Position numbers and translations under genes: made by a program. Below are positions 17,770 through 27,487 of a stretch of 64,000 nucleotides of DNA, one piece after another. The stretch lies in contig JBHLRS010000005.1 of NCBI GenBank assembly GCA_048882325.1, forward strand, positions 69,843 to 133,842, read 5' to 3'. The notes below the pieces were generated by a model. The model was not told where the DNA came from, searched no databases, and worked only from the letters and a program-made list of their open reading frames with translations. The stretch's first letter is position 1; every line of letters begins with the position of its first letter. Origin of the DNA: Candidatus Thorarchaeota archaeon. GTDB taxonomy: Archaea; Asgardarchaeota; Thorarchaeia; Thorarchaeales; Thorarchaeaceae.

Positions 17770-20031
17770 TCATTTCTGCTTCGCTGAATCAAGGTATACT
17801 GGCACATAGAACTCCATTTCCCATTCAACAATGAAGCTCGTGGTCCATACTGGCTGTGAAGGTTCAGTTCCTTGATCCAACATGTCTTGCCAGGATTCGT
17901 CAGTGGGCCGGTCATTCATTGGCCAGGTGAATTCATAGTAAGAGAAGACAGCACCCCTGGTGAGGATGACATCTCCCTCGATTTTAACAGCTACAAGAAT
18001 CACCATCGGACGTCCCACTGCTTCCTCAAGAACTTCACCAGAGTTGGGGTCTGTGTGAACATCGGCAATTACTGCCATGTCCTTATCTTCATTGGACAGT
18101 AACTCGCTATCATGTGGGAACGTCACAATTTTTTCAAGAATATAGCCGCTATTCTGAATCACACGATACTCCGTATCATTCAGTGTGGTTCCTTCAAGTT
18201 CCTTGATCGATATTGCTTGTAGGCTAAGTAAGAACTCTAAGAGGTCTCCTAACTTCTCGCTGATGAGCGATGAGAGTAGACTTCGAGAATCAAGACCTGT
18301 AATCATCATCTGACAAAGCGAAGCAAGTCTTGCGTACAGATTAGGAACCGGTTCGACATATCCCTTAATCTGGGGAGGTAGTCCAGTCAGCGTGCCATAA
18401 GACTGCTTGGCATAAAGGATAGTGTCGTGTCTCAGTTCAGTCCAAGAGGCCAACGCTGTGGAGAGTTGCTTGTCGACCCATGCATCACTCTGCATGAAGA
18501 AGGGATAACCCTCTCCTGGCTCTGATAAAAGTGGGAGCAGTGAATATAGCCAGAGATAGTAGAGGTTCTGGGTCCATTCATCCGCTGTCATGTTTCCAAT
18601 CTGATTCCAGAGCATCTTCATCTGCGAAACATAGTTTACATAGTTTTTATCATCCTCCAGGAGATCCCAAGCCCGATTAGAACCAAATGCGGCCATCACG
18701 TCGAGTCCCTTTGGCATCAATCGAGGATTAAGGAGAGTCCCAACATTGTCATAGACAAGTTGGCTGAGGATATAGCTGTCTGGAATATACCGCTGACCCA
18801 TGAACCTCAGTCCCATTGTCTGCGCCAAGTCGTCCCCAGGCATCATTGGGTGACCAAGAATGAGTGGTTCCCGCAATTCCAAAGCTTCCTCAATGAACTG
18901 CTCCAAAAAAGTCTCATTATCAAGATCAGCAATATCGATTTCAGTGCCATAGATACTCTCTATGAGTGATAGATACTCAGCTGGAACCAAGTCATCCGCT
19001 GCACCTACGAAGAACGCAGTGGGCTCATATAGAGCATCCCAGATATCAAGACCCACTGGAGTACCTGAAATGCCTGAAACATTGTGAGTTAAGGCCAAGG
19101 AGAGGAGTATAGCTTGAGCTGTGTAGTCCTTTCCAGCCTCATTCAGCGTAGGCGGTTTTTCTGGCTGAAGTCTAAAGGATACTCGACCATACCACATCAT
19201 AGCTTTGAAGTATCTTTGAAGAGTAACACTTCTAGTGTAGTGACCTCTTGGCACAAACTGCGTGAAGTCCTCCAAATATCCCATAAACCAAGCAGCAGTC
19301 ATTGACGAGTGGCCTTCGATCAATGTAAGAACATTTTCAACTGCAGGTTCCACCTCTGCAGGAAATGTTCCGGGAATCACCCACTCATTATCTATCAAAC
19401 TCATTGCCACGGCAAAGAACATCAGGTTTCGAAGGGCGGCGTCCTGCCATCGACCCTCAGATGCAGTTTCATACTGGGAGAAGGTCACATCCAGTAATGA
19501 ATCTGTTAGGTTCCTAAGAAGATCCCAGAAGGAGTAGACCTCGATCTCTCGTAGCGCTAGGTCATAGAGAACATGATAGGCGTGCAAAACAGCATCGGAT
19601 GAAACAAAACTTGGTATTCCTCGTTCATCATTGTAAACCAAGATCTCATGAATATGTTTGAACGGAGATTGGGATGTAACAGCAAATCCATTTTCAACAA
19701 TCATCTGCGAAACTTCACTCGGCAGCGATGAGTATTGATCTAAATTCACTACGTTTGACAGTCCAGGATTCACGACATATGTTGGCGAGTTAGGTGTGAA
19801 TGGCTTTTCATATGGGATGAAGTCAGCAAACTCGCCAGACACGATGCTATCAATTGTGAATGTGAGCTCACTTGGATGACCAGTAGGAGGGATATAGAAA
19901 GCTCCGGTCATGAACCCAAGGGTGGTGACAATACTAACAGCCAACAGCGCCGAGGTCATTCCTGCGGCTGTAATCTTTCTTTTTGTTTTGCCATCAAGAG
20001 CCCTGACTATCACGGAAAACATGTATACCAC
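17770..20031 (-). CDS. DUF3160-family membrane-anchored protein
   Basis: PRGHYT, FKAMMWYGR, FMGQRYIPDS, PKGLDVMAAFGS, LASWTELRHDTILYAKQSY, IADVHT, GAVFSYYEF; N-terminal TM. Confidence 0.85.
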   Translation of the reverse strand: MVYMFSVIVRALDGKTKRKITAAGMTSALLAVSIVTTLGFMTGAFYIPPTGHPSELTFTIDSIVSGEFADFIPYEKPFTPNSPTYVVNPGLSNVVNLDQYSSLPSEVSQMIVENGFAVTSQSPFKHIHEILVYNDERGIPSFVSSDAVLHAYHVLYDLALREIEVYSFWDLLRNLTDSLLDVTFSQYETASEGRWQDAALRNLMFFAVAMSLIDNEWVIPGTFPAEVEPAVENVLTLIEGHSSMTAAWFMGYLEDFTQFVPRGHYTRSVTLQRYFKAMMWYGRVSFRLQPEKPPTLNEAGKDYTAQAILLSLALTHNVSGISGTPVGLDIWDALYEPTAFFVGAADDLVPAEYLSLIESIYGTEIDIADLDNETFLEQFIEEALELREPLILGHPMMPGDDLAQTMGLRFMGQRYIPDSYILSQLVYDNVGTLLNPRLMPKGLDVMAAFGSNRAWDLLEDDKNYVNYVSQMKMLWNQIGNMTADEWTQNLYYLWLYSLLPLLSEPGEGYPFFMQSDAWVDKQLSTALASWTELRHDTILYAKQSYGTLTGLPPQIKGYVEPVPNLYARLASLCQMMITGLDSRSLLSSLISEKLGDLLEFLLSLQAISIKELEGTTLNDTEYRVIQNSGYILEKIVTFPHDSELLSNEDKDMAVIADVHTDPNSGEVLEEAVGRPMVILVAVKIEGDVILTRGAVFSYYEFTWPMNDRPTDESWQDMLDQGTEPSQPVWTTSFIVEWEMEFYVPVYLDSAKQK

Positions 20032-20053
20032 TAGGTTACGATTATACTTAGTA

Positions 20054-20089
20054 CCATGTTTTAGAACACACTGTCCATACTTTAGAACA
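20054..20089. promoter_or_regulatory. 15-bp imperfect direct repeat in divergent promoter, putative operator
   Basis: CCATGTTTTAGAACA (20054-20068) and CCATACTTTAGAACA (20075-20089), 13/15 identical, 21-bp period. Confidence 0.5.
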
Positions 20090-20139
20090 GAAGCATGATT
20101 GAGAATAGTTTAATGGGAAATTGTTGACCTGTTATACTA

Positions 20140-20601
20140 GTGGATAGGATGAGAGACCAATCCGAAGAGAGTGCTATAGAATCTGAACTCAGGGGAAATA
20201 CTCTCCGTGTATATTGGTACATGCTCTCACAGAATGAACCAGTTGGTGTCAGGGAGGTCCAGAGGGCCATTGGAATGTCCAGTCCATCTGTTGCCAGTCA
20301 CCATCTCTCAAAACTAGTTACATTGGAGCTCGTGGAGAAGAGGTCTGACAACTCATACCATGTGAGTCGGGTAGTCAAGGTGGGAGTATTGAAGAACTTC
20401 ATCGATTTTCGGGGGAGATTTCTTCCTCGCTATGTGTTCGTCGCGATATTCTTTTCCGCATTCACACTTTCCTATGTTGCGCTTTCTTACATAGCTCAGC
20501 CAGGTATTTACGACAGGCTCATCGCCATTGCGATTGGCGTTATAGGAGCACTATTCGCATGGATCGAAAGTATTCGGCTCTGGAAGCTGAGGCTCTCATG
20601 A
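20140..20601 (+). CDS. Membrane-tethered winged-helix (ArsR-like) transcription regulator
   Basis: GVREVQRAIGMSSPSVASHHLSKL HTH followed by two TM helices. Confidence 0.8.
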   Translation: MDRMRDQSEESAIESELRGNTLRVYWYMLSQNEPVGVREVQRAIGMSSPSVASHHLSKLVTLELVEKRSDNSYHVSRVVKVGVLKNFIDFRGRFLPRYVFVAIFFSAFTLSYVALSYIAQPGIYDRLIAIAIGVIGALFAWIESIRLWKLRLS

Positions 20602-20643
20602 TAATCAGTAAACCTCATGAGGAGGTTCCTCTCACTATTCTCC

Positions 20644-21438
20644 ATGACAGACCAATCTGTTTCAGACATTGTTCTCAAGGTGATTCATAACAGACGTTCA
20701 GTCAGAGAGTACCTGGATAAGGATGTGCCTGATGACATCCTTACCAAAATTCTCGCGGCTGGTTTCAGAGCACCCTTCGCCGCTCAACTTTGTTCTGTGG
20801 TTTACACTCGCAGTCGTGAGAGAATGAAGGAGGCTGGAGTAAGTGTCTATCCAACTGCTCCAGTACACATGATATTCTTCATTGATTTCTGTAGGCTTGA
20901 GAAGATTATGAAACATCGCGGACACGAGTATGGCTATGATGATATGATGGCAATCTGGTTAGGCATGCAGGATGTGGTCCTCATGATTGAAAACCTGACA
21001 ATCGCAGCAGAGTCATTTGGTCTTGGTTCAGTACTCTATGGTATGACTCCGTTGAAGGCCGATTCAATCGCCAAGACATTCAAGGTTCCGAAACGTGTCT
21101 TTCCCGTAGTGGGCATAAGTGTCGGTTATCCAGATCCCGCAGAAGACACTGAGATTCGGCCGAGGTTTCCACTTGAAATGTCAGCATTTGAGGATGAGTA
21201 CCGAGACCATTCGGATGAGGACATCAAGATATGCATGAAGGGGATGGATGAGGGATTCATTGCTCAAGGATACTATATCAAGAACAAGACAAAGGTGAAG
21301 TTGGTTGATAAGAAGGACACAATTGGTTTCGATAAGTACTCATGGTCTGAGCACATCTCACGGAAGTTCAGAAGTGCGTTTCGAAGGGGAGACCCTCTCA
21401 TTGAGGTCCTAAGGCGCCATGGATTTGACCTGAGGTAA
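20644..21438 (+). CDS. Nitroreductase / flavin reductase family protein
   Basis: NRRSVREY, RAP, AAESFGLGS, GISVGYP, RPRFP motifs. Confidence 0.88.
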   Translation: MTDQSVSDIVLKVIHNRRSVREYLDKDVPDDILTKILAAGFRAPFAAQLCSVVYTRSRERMKEAGVSVYPTAPVHMIFFIDFCRLEKIMKHRGHEYGYDDMMAIWLGMQDVVLMIENLTIAAESFGLGSVLYGMTPLKADSIAKTFKVPKRVFPVVGISVGYPDPAEDTEIRPRFPLEMSAFEDEYRDHSDEDIKICMKGMDEGFIAQGYYIKNKTKVKLVDKKDTIGFDKYSWSEHISRKFRSAFRRGDPLIEVLRRHGFDLR

Positions 21439-21492
21439 ATTGTTAAGTTTCAACACGAACTAAGAAACACCGCGTTTAGGATGTGGAGACAA

Positions 21493-22335
21493 GTGAGTGT
21501 TGAACTTCCTGAAGCACAGATTCTAGCTGAACAAATGTCAGACACCTTGCTTGAAAAGAAAATCAAAGCAGTTGATACACAAGATTCTGAGAAACTGCAA
21601 AAAATAGGCTTCATGAATAAGAAACTGAAGGACTACCAGAAACTTGTTGGTTGCAAGATTAAATCAATCTCACAGCGAGGAAATGTCATTCGTGTTTACA
21701 TGAACAAGAAAATGAATCTGGTATTATGTCCGGATTATGGCGCAAAGATTCTCTATCATAAGAATGAAGATACATTACCAAAGAAACATCACTTCAAAGC
21801 AGAATTCACTGATGGTACATTTCTTACTGTTCGACAGACTGGAATGGGAGTTGTTTACTCAGCAACGGACGAAGAGACAAAAAACCTGTATGTCATCAAA
21901 CGTGACTTTTCAGATATCCCCTCTCCAATCGGAGAACATGACTTCACCTTCGAGCGTTTTGTAGAATTACTTGACGCAAAAGATCAGAACATCAAGGCAG
22001 CCATTGTTGGAAAGAGTGCTGTTGTTGTGGGATTGAGTAATGCAGCATTTCAAGAAATCATTTACAAGGCAGGCATCCATCCAAAACGTAACACATCAAC
22101 GTTGACAGATGATGAGAAACATGATGTTTATGATTCTATGAAAGAGATTCTCAACGAACGAATCTGCTCTGGTGGGAAAGACAACTGGGTCAATCTCTAT
22201 GGAGAATCAGGACGACACACTCCAGTCATGGGTCCAAATATGAAAGACAAGAACTGCCCTAGGTGTAATGCTGCTGTTGAAAAGATTGCACATGGGGGTG
22301 GACAGGTATACTTCTGTCCTCGCTGTCAAAGGTAG
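21493..22335 (+). CDS. Fpg/Nei-family DNA glycosylase homologue with atypical catalytic residues
   Basis: N-terminal SVELPE, H2TH region GLSNAAFQEIIYKAGIHP, C-terminal zinc finger CPRC...FCPRCQ; GTG 21493 follows GGAG. Confidence 0.8.
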   Translation: MSVELPEAQILAEQMSDTLLEKKIKAVDTQDSEKLQKIGFMNKKLKDYQKLVGCKIKSISQRGNVIRVYMNKKMNLVLCPDYGAKILYHKNEDTLPKKHHFKAEFTDGTFLTVRQTGMGVVYSATDEETKNLYVIKRDFSDIPSPIGEHDFTFERFVELLDAKDQNIKAAIVGKSAVVVGLSNAAFQEIIYKAGIHPKRNTSTLTDDEKHDVYDSMKEILNERICSGGKDNWVNLYGESGRHTPVMGPNMKDKNCPRCNAAVEKIAHGGGQVYFCPRCQR

Positions 22336-22343
22336 CTTGTTCA

Positions 22344-24395
22344 TCATGTTGTAACATCAAGTGTCTCCAAAATGAACGAGAATACGAAAGCCAGCTCTTT
22401 CATGTAGTCATAGCGTCCACTCGCACCACTATGTCCACTCTCCATCTTTGTCTTGAGAAGAAGGAGGTTATCATCTGTCTTTAATTCACGCAATTTAGCA
22501 ACCCACTTTGCCGGCTCCCAGTATTGGACACGAGGGTCGTTGTATCCTGCTGTGATGAGAATATTAGGATAATTCTTTGCCTCCACTCTGTCGTAAGGAG
22601 AGTATTCGTACATCCAGTTGAAATCCTCCATGAGGTTTGGATTGCCCCATTCTTTGTATTCAAAGGTTGTAAGTGGTATTGAGTCATCAAGCATTGAATT
22701 AATCACATCAACAAACGGAACTGCAGCATAGACTGAATGAAAGAGATCAGGTCGAAGATTGAGGATAGCACCCATAAGAAGACCTCCTGCACTTCCGCCG
22801 CCAGCACATAGTCTTGAGGTTGAAGTGAATCCCTCTGAAATCAAGTACTCAGCACAGTCGATGAAATCAGTAAAGGTATTCATCTTGTTGGAGAGCTTTC
22901 CTGCATAGTACCATGGTTTCCCAAATTCTCCACCACCTCGAACATGCGCTATCGCAAAAATTACACCCCTCTCCAGAAGACTCAATCTGGTTGATTTGAA
23001 TTCGGGATCCAGTGAGATGCCATATGAGCCATATCCATAGAGGTACAATGGAGCTGTTCCATCCAGTTGGACTTTTTTACTGTAAGCAAGAGAAATTGGG
23101 ACCATCGTACCATCACGGACTTTCACATAGCGTCTTTCAGTAATGTAACCGGCTGGATCATGTCCTTTGATTTCATCAATTTTCTTAAGAACCAACTTGC
23201 GTGATGCCATATTGTAATCGTAAACACTTCTCGGGGTTATGGGTGAGCTGAAAGCATATCTGAATAGATCGGTTTCAAAGACAGGATTTTGTACTAAGTC
23301 AAGACCGTAAATTTTCTCAGGTTGCTCAATATCATGAGTTTCACCTGTCTTCACGTCATAGACCATGAAATTTGCATATCCATCTTGACGCTTAGAAATC
23401 ATCAGATAATTCTTGAACGCCCAGATATTTGTCAAACGGACCTCTACTTGATGGCCAATCAGAAGCTCCCAGCTGTCAACTGAAACATCTATGTCTGAAG
23501 TTCTCATCATTTTGAAATTGATAGCACCATCATTGTTTACGAGTAGGTAGAAGTAGCGGTCATGGTGCTCTAGAGTGAGTTGAACTCCTTCGGTTCTTGG
23601 GAAAAAGAGCTGTAGTCCAGCTCCTTCCCTTTCAAGATCCAGAAAATGTATCTCACTGGTTTCAGCAGTCGAGTAGCTTGAATCCAGAAATAGGAACTGC
23701 TTGTCCTTCGATTTTTCAATGCTTACATAAAACGACTTGTCAGATTCCTCGAACAAACGTTTATCCTCAGATTGATCAGTCCCAAGTGCATGATATGTCA
23801 GGGTGTAAGGTCGGTGAATGTCATCAAGTTCTGCGTAGTAGATTCCATTGTTATCATTTGTCCATTCAGGACCACTCCATCCAGTGGCATTAGATACTGT
23901 GTCGATGACCTCACCTGTTGTTAAATCTACAATCCTTATGTCATAGGTTTCGCCTCCAGTAAAATCAACTGAGTATGCCATCTTTGTATGATCTGGACTA
24001 ATTTTGAGTGCCGCAACTTTCGTATACTTCTTGCCTTCTGCCAAGACATTGATGTCAAGAATAACTTCTTCTGGCGCATCTAGAGATTTGAGTTTTCGAC
24101 AGTGTATATTGTAATTCTTGCCTTCAACTGTTCTGTGATAGTAGTAGTAATCGCCAATTTTCATGGGAACGCTTTCGTCAGTTTCTTTGATTCGTCCCTT
24201 CATTTCTACAAAGAGTGCTTTTTGAAGAGGTTCTGTATGAGCCATAATGGAATTGGTGTAATCATTCTCTGCATTGAGGAACTCTTCTACCTCACTGGTG
24301 CCCTTGTTTCGTAACCAGTAATAATCATCCTTGAATTTCACACCATGAATCTCAAACTCGTAAGATTCCTTCTTTGCAACAGGTGGATTTGCCAT
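22344..24395 (-). CDS. ptrB: Oligopeptidase B (S9A prolyl oligopeptidase family)
   Basis: DDYYWLR, YGYGSYG, HVRGGGE, GGSAGGLL nucleophile, EWGNP, DPRVQYWEPAKW, SGHSGASGR. Confidence 0.92.
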   Translation of the reverse strand: MANPPVAKKESYEFEIHGVKFKDDYYWLRNKGTSEVEEFLNAENDYTNSIMAHTEPLQKALFVEMKGRIKETDESVPMKIGDYYYYHRTVEGKNYNIHCRKLKSLDAPEEVILDINVLAEGKKYTKVAALKISPDHTKMAYSVDFTGGETYDIRIVDLTTGEVIDTVSNATGWSGPEWTNDNNGIYYAELDDIHRPYTLTYHALGTDQSEDKRLFEESDKSFYVSIEKSKDKQFLFLDSSYSTAETSEIHFLDLEREGAGLQLFFPRTEGVQLTLEHHDRYFYLLVNNDGAINFKMMRTSDIDVSVDSWELLIGHQVEVRLTNIWAFKNYLMISKRQDGYANFMVYDVKTGETHDIEQPEKIYGLDLVQNPVFETDLFRYAFSSPITPRSVYDYNMASRKLVLKKIDEIKGHDPAGYITERRYVKVRDGTMVPISLAYSKKVQLDGTAPLYLYGYGSYGISLDPEFKSTRLSLLERGVIFAIAHVRGGGEFGKPWYYAGKLSNKMNTFTDFIDCAEYLISEGFTSTSRLCAGGGSAGGLLMGAILNLRPDLFHSVYAAVPFVDVINSMLDDSIPLTTFEYKEWGNPNLMEDFNWMYEYSPYDRVEAKNYPNILITAGYNDPRVQYWEPAKWVAKLRELKTDDNLLLLKTKMESGHSGASGRYDYMKELAFVFSFILETLDVTT

Positions 24396-24513
24396 AAACA
24401 AGCATTCAATGAACAAGAGATAAACGTTACAGTTGAACACCTGATTGGTCCTCAGGGGTATCGAAGGTTGGATTCATAAGACCAGTGGCATTTCTCAACT
24501 GTAAGGAGCTGAG

Positions 24514-25422
24514 TTGATGTTCGAGTACAGAAGTGATCAAAGAACATTGAACATAGGAGGTGTGAGAATTGGAGGACCACTCGGATTAATACCTACAGTC
24601 CTCATACCTTCACTCTTCTACAACAAGGATCGGCTTGTAAAGAATGCAACTACTGGTGAATTTGACAAGGACAAAACTGAGAACATGATCAATATTCTGA
24701 GTGACCTAACCGAAAGAACTGGTTTAGGTACTATGCTTGATGTAGTTGCCATGACAGAGGAAGCTATGGTGAAGTATCTGCAGTTTCTTGTAGACAGAAC
24801 AGATTTCCCTTTGCTAATAGATGGTTCTGATTCATTGGAGGTCAATGCTGCAGGCATCAGGTATGCAATGGATTCTGGTTTTCTTGACCGTGTAATTATC
24901 AACTCACTCACACCAGACTCTGATGATGATCTCTTTGTTGTTGTTCAAGAGACTGGCTTGAAAAACGCTTTAATTCTAACTTTCAATTCAGCATCTTTGG
25001 CATCTAGCTCAAAACGGGTTGAGATTGCTGACAACTTAATCAATAAAGCTCAAAGCGTGGGAGTTTCAAACATACTGATTGACACTGGTGTCATGGACCT
25101 TCCAACATTGGGAATTGCATGTAAAACACAGAACTTGTTGAAAGACAAGTATGGATATCCAGTAGGAAATGGAGCTCACAATGCGGTTAGCACTTGGACG
25201 GGATTGGTACCCAAGTTTGGAAGAGAAGCAAAGAAACCTGCTGTGGTTGGTTCCAGTCTGATGCCGGTTTCGTTGGGAGCAGACTTTGTGCTAATGGGTC
25301 CAGCTAGAGATGCTCCATTGGTTTATCCGTCTATTGCTATGATTGATGTTGCTTATTCGGGAATCTTGATTGAGGAAAGAATCCGTCCAGACAAACCACA
25401 TCCAAGATATCTAGTAGGTTGA
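24514..25422 (+). CDS. MtrH/MtgA-like methylcobamide:pterin methyltransferase (stand-alone)
   Basis: IGGVRIGGPLGxxPTVLIPSLFY, PLLIDGS, IINSL, ILIDTGVMD, GYPVGNGAHNA, GADFVLMGP. Confidence 0.82.
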   Translation: MMFEYRSDQRTLNIGGVRIGGPLGLIPTVLIPSLFYNKDRLVKNATTGEFDKDKTENMINILSDLTERTGLGTMLDVVAMTEEAMVKYLQFLVDRTDFPLLIDGSDSLEVNAAGIRYAMDSGFLDRVIINSLTPDSDDDLFVVVQETGLKNALILTFNSASLASSSKRVEIADNLINKAQSVGVSNILIDTGVMDLPTLGIACKTQNLLKDKYGYPVGNGAHNAVSTWTGLVPKFGREAKKPAVVGSSLMPVSLGADFVLMGPARDAPLVYPSIAMIDVAYSGILIEERIRPDKPHPRYLVG

Positions 25423-25509
25423 TGTATCGATAACATATATCTGAGACTCCGTTATCGCCACAGATAACAACAGATAGATTTCTGAATCAATAAGGAAGTA
25501 AGTTCACTA

Positions 25510-27084
25510 TTGAAGTTGACAGCTAACTATACAATCGTTTTGACAGTGATTCTGATTCTGCTTTCGCAATCATTCACCCAAACTCAGTCGCATGTACAAC
25601 CGGATTCGGCCTTTAGTCTAGCGCAGATGACCACAGCAAAAATCATGCAGGGAGAGGTTGTTGTTGAGAGGAGGCCAACCGCCTTTGACGGATACAACAT
25701 GTTTGTACTGAGAGAACATGACAACGTCAATAGTAAACACAATCAGACACTGATAATTACTGATATGGAGGGAAACGTAGAGTACGAACGAATTCTCACG
25801 CCCGAAACACTTTACGAACTAGCAGACCTTTCAATGGATTTTGTCAGTCCAACAACAATCCTTGTAGGGTACCAAAGAGATGTTGCATTGGTGAACCTAT
25901 ACAATGGTTCAGTTAGGTATCTCGGATTTTTCGGTCATCATGATTACGAGTACAATCATAACAATAATACTGTGTTTGTATTCAAGTACATGACAAAGGA
26001 CATCAATGGGAGCTCCTACCTATATGATAGAATTGAAGAACACAACCTAAATGGAGAGCTTGTATGGAGTCTAGATACAAGCGATTTCATCTCCCCGGAC
26101 ATGCAATGTCCATACGAAGATTACTTCATGGGCTCACCAGACATGACTCATTCGAATACACTCTTCTATGATAATGACGAAGACATGATATATTACAATC
26201 CAAGAAATGTCAATACCTTTTACAAAATCGATCACAGAACTAGTGAGGTGATATGGGGTGTAGGCGAGTATGGAAACTTCACAATGTATGACAAATCAGG
26301 TCATGAAACAAGTCATTTATTCTTTCATCCACATGCATTAGAAAGAGTGGATGATAACACATTCATTCTATTTGACAATGACCATCACGATCAGAACAAT
26401 CCCAACAATAGAAAATCGAGAATGTTGGAAATCACTATCAATGAAACCACAATGGAAGCTCATGAATCCTGGTCTTGGACGGGACCACTTCAGTACTTTT
26501 CCTTTCTATGGGGAGATGCAGACAGACTTCCAAACGGTAATAGACTAGGAACCTTCGGAGCAGGTTCGCATCCAGATACTGATGATGGCCCTATTATCGT
26601 TGAGGTGACGGAGACGGGAGATATTGCATGGAAATTCACGTTTGAAAACAGTGAAGAATACAAATACGGAATATACCGAACTGAGCGATTTCGTTATTCG
26701 CCAATCTTGGAAAGTCCATCAAAGATTCACTTTGATCCTGAGGAAGAGGTAATTCTTGAATGGCAAGCTTGGTACGACTTTCGACCAAAGAGGACTGTCA
26801 TCGGGAACTATAGTCTAAGCATGAGCAACACCCTGATAGATTCTGGAACATTCCCATATGACCGATTTTGGAGACCCTCGAACCTGACCTTTAACCTAGG
26901 AGTTCTTGAAGAAGGAGAATATGAGCTAACACTGCAGGTTACAGATGAGGTTGGTTTCACGACCAATGATACAATTCTAGTCAATGTTTCTGTGTCATCT
27001 TTCATACCAGTTCTGATAGGAGTGTCTCTCGGAGTTGTCGCAGTCTTGGTCATCCTTGTTATATACAAAAAGAAGAATAGATAG
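25510..27084 (+). CDS. Arylsulfotransferase (ASST)-like beta-propeller protein, membrane anchored
   Basis: GHHD, THSNTL, HPHAL, LFDND, DADRLPNGN; signal peptide, Ig-like domain and C-terminal TM plus KKKNR. Confidence 0.72.
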   Translation: MKLTANYTIVLTVILILLSQSFTQTQSHVQPDSAFSLAQMTTAKIMQGEVVVERRPTAFDGYNMFVLREHDNVNSKHNQTLIITDMEGNVEYERILTPETLYELADLSMDFVSPTTILVGYQRDVALVNLYNGSVRYLGFFGHHDYEYNHNNNTVFVFKYMTKDINGSSYLYDRIEEHNLNGELVWSLDTSDFISPDMQCPYEDYFMGSPDMTHSNTLFYDNDEDMIYYNPRNVNTFYKIDHRTSEVIWGVGEYGNFTMYDKSGHETSHLFFHPHALERVDDNTFILFDNDHHDQNNPNNRKSRMLEITINETTMEAHESWSWTGPLQYFSFLWGDADRLPNGNRLGTFGAGSHPDTDDGPIIVEVTETGDIAWKFTFENSEEYKYGIYRTERFRYSPILESPSKIHFDPEEEVILEWQAWYDFRPKRTVIGNYSLSMSNTLIDSGTFPYDRFWRPSNLTFNLGVLEEGEYELTLQVTDEVGFTTNDTILVNVSVSSFIPVLIGVSLGVVAVLVILVIYKKKNR

Positions 27085-27163
27085 CAAGTTCCCACAAGTT
27101 TCCAAACCATTGCTGTTAAAGCACATCTCATATTCGATAGAGTTGAGAGCCATATGAAAGAAA

Positions 27164-27424
27164 ATGGCAATACCTGAACCATCCCATGTTCGTCCAACTA
27201 AGCGGAACCGTGGAATGTTTCTGTATGCAATTACATTCATCGTCATTACATGTGCAACGGCAGTCAATCTCTCTCTAAGGGACTTCATATCCTTCGACCC
27301 ACTCAGCTCTCTAGTTGCGGGCCTATTTGCTGGGATTGCTTTGTTGATGTTTCAGTTGACGTACCTGAAGTTCGTTGTCAACTCAAGTAGACGACCACAA
27401 CGAAGAGACCCTGACATAGTCTAG
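27164..27424 (+). CDS. Small two-TM membrane protein
   Basis: Two hydrophobic helices; fills the gap between co-oriented genes. Confidence 0.5.
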   Translation: MAIPEPSHVRPTKRNRGMFLYAITFIVITCATAVNLSLRDFISFDPLSSLVAGLFAGIALLMFQLTYLKFVVNSSRRPQRRDPDIV

Positions 27425-27487
27425 GTCTTCCAAACTATAGGACAACAATAATGAAATACTGCTTTCGTCACATTTGTATGGACTAAG

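Noticed and set aside
24514-25422. Evidence for methanogenesis
   Set aside because: Only an MtrH-like subunit; no mtrA-G or mcr genes here.
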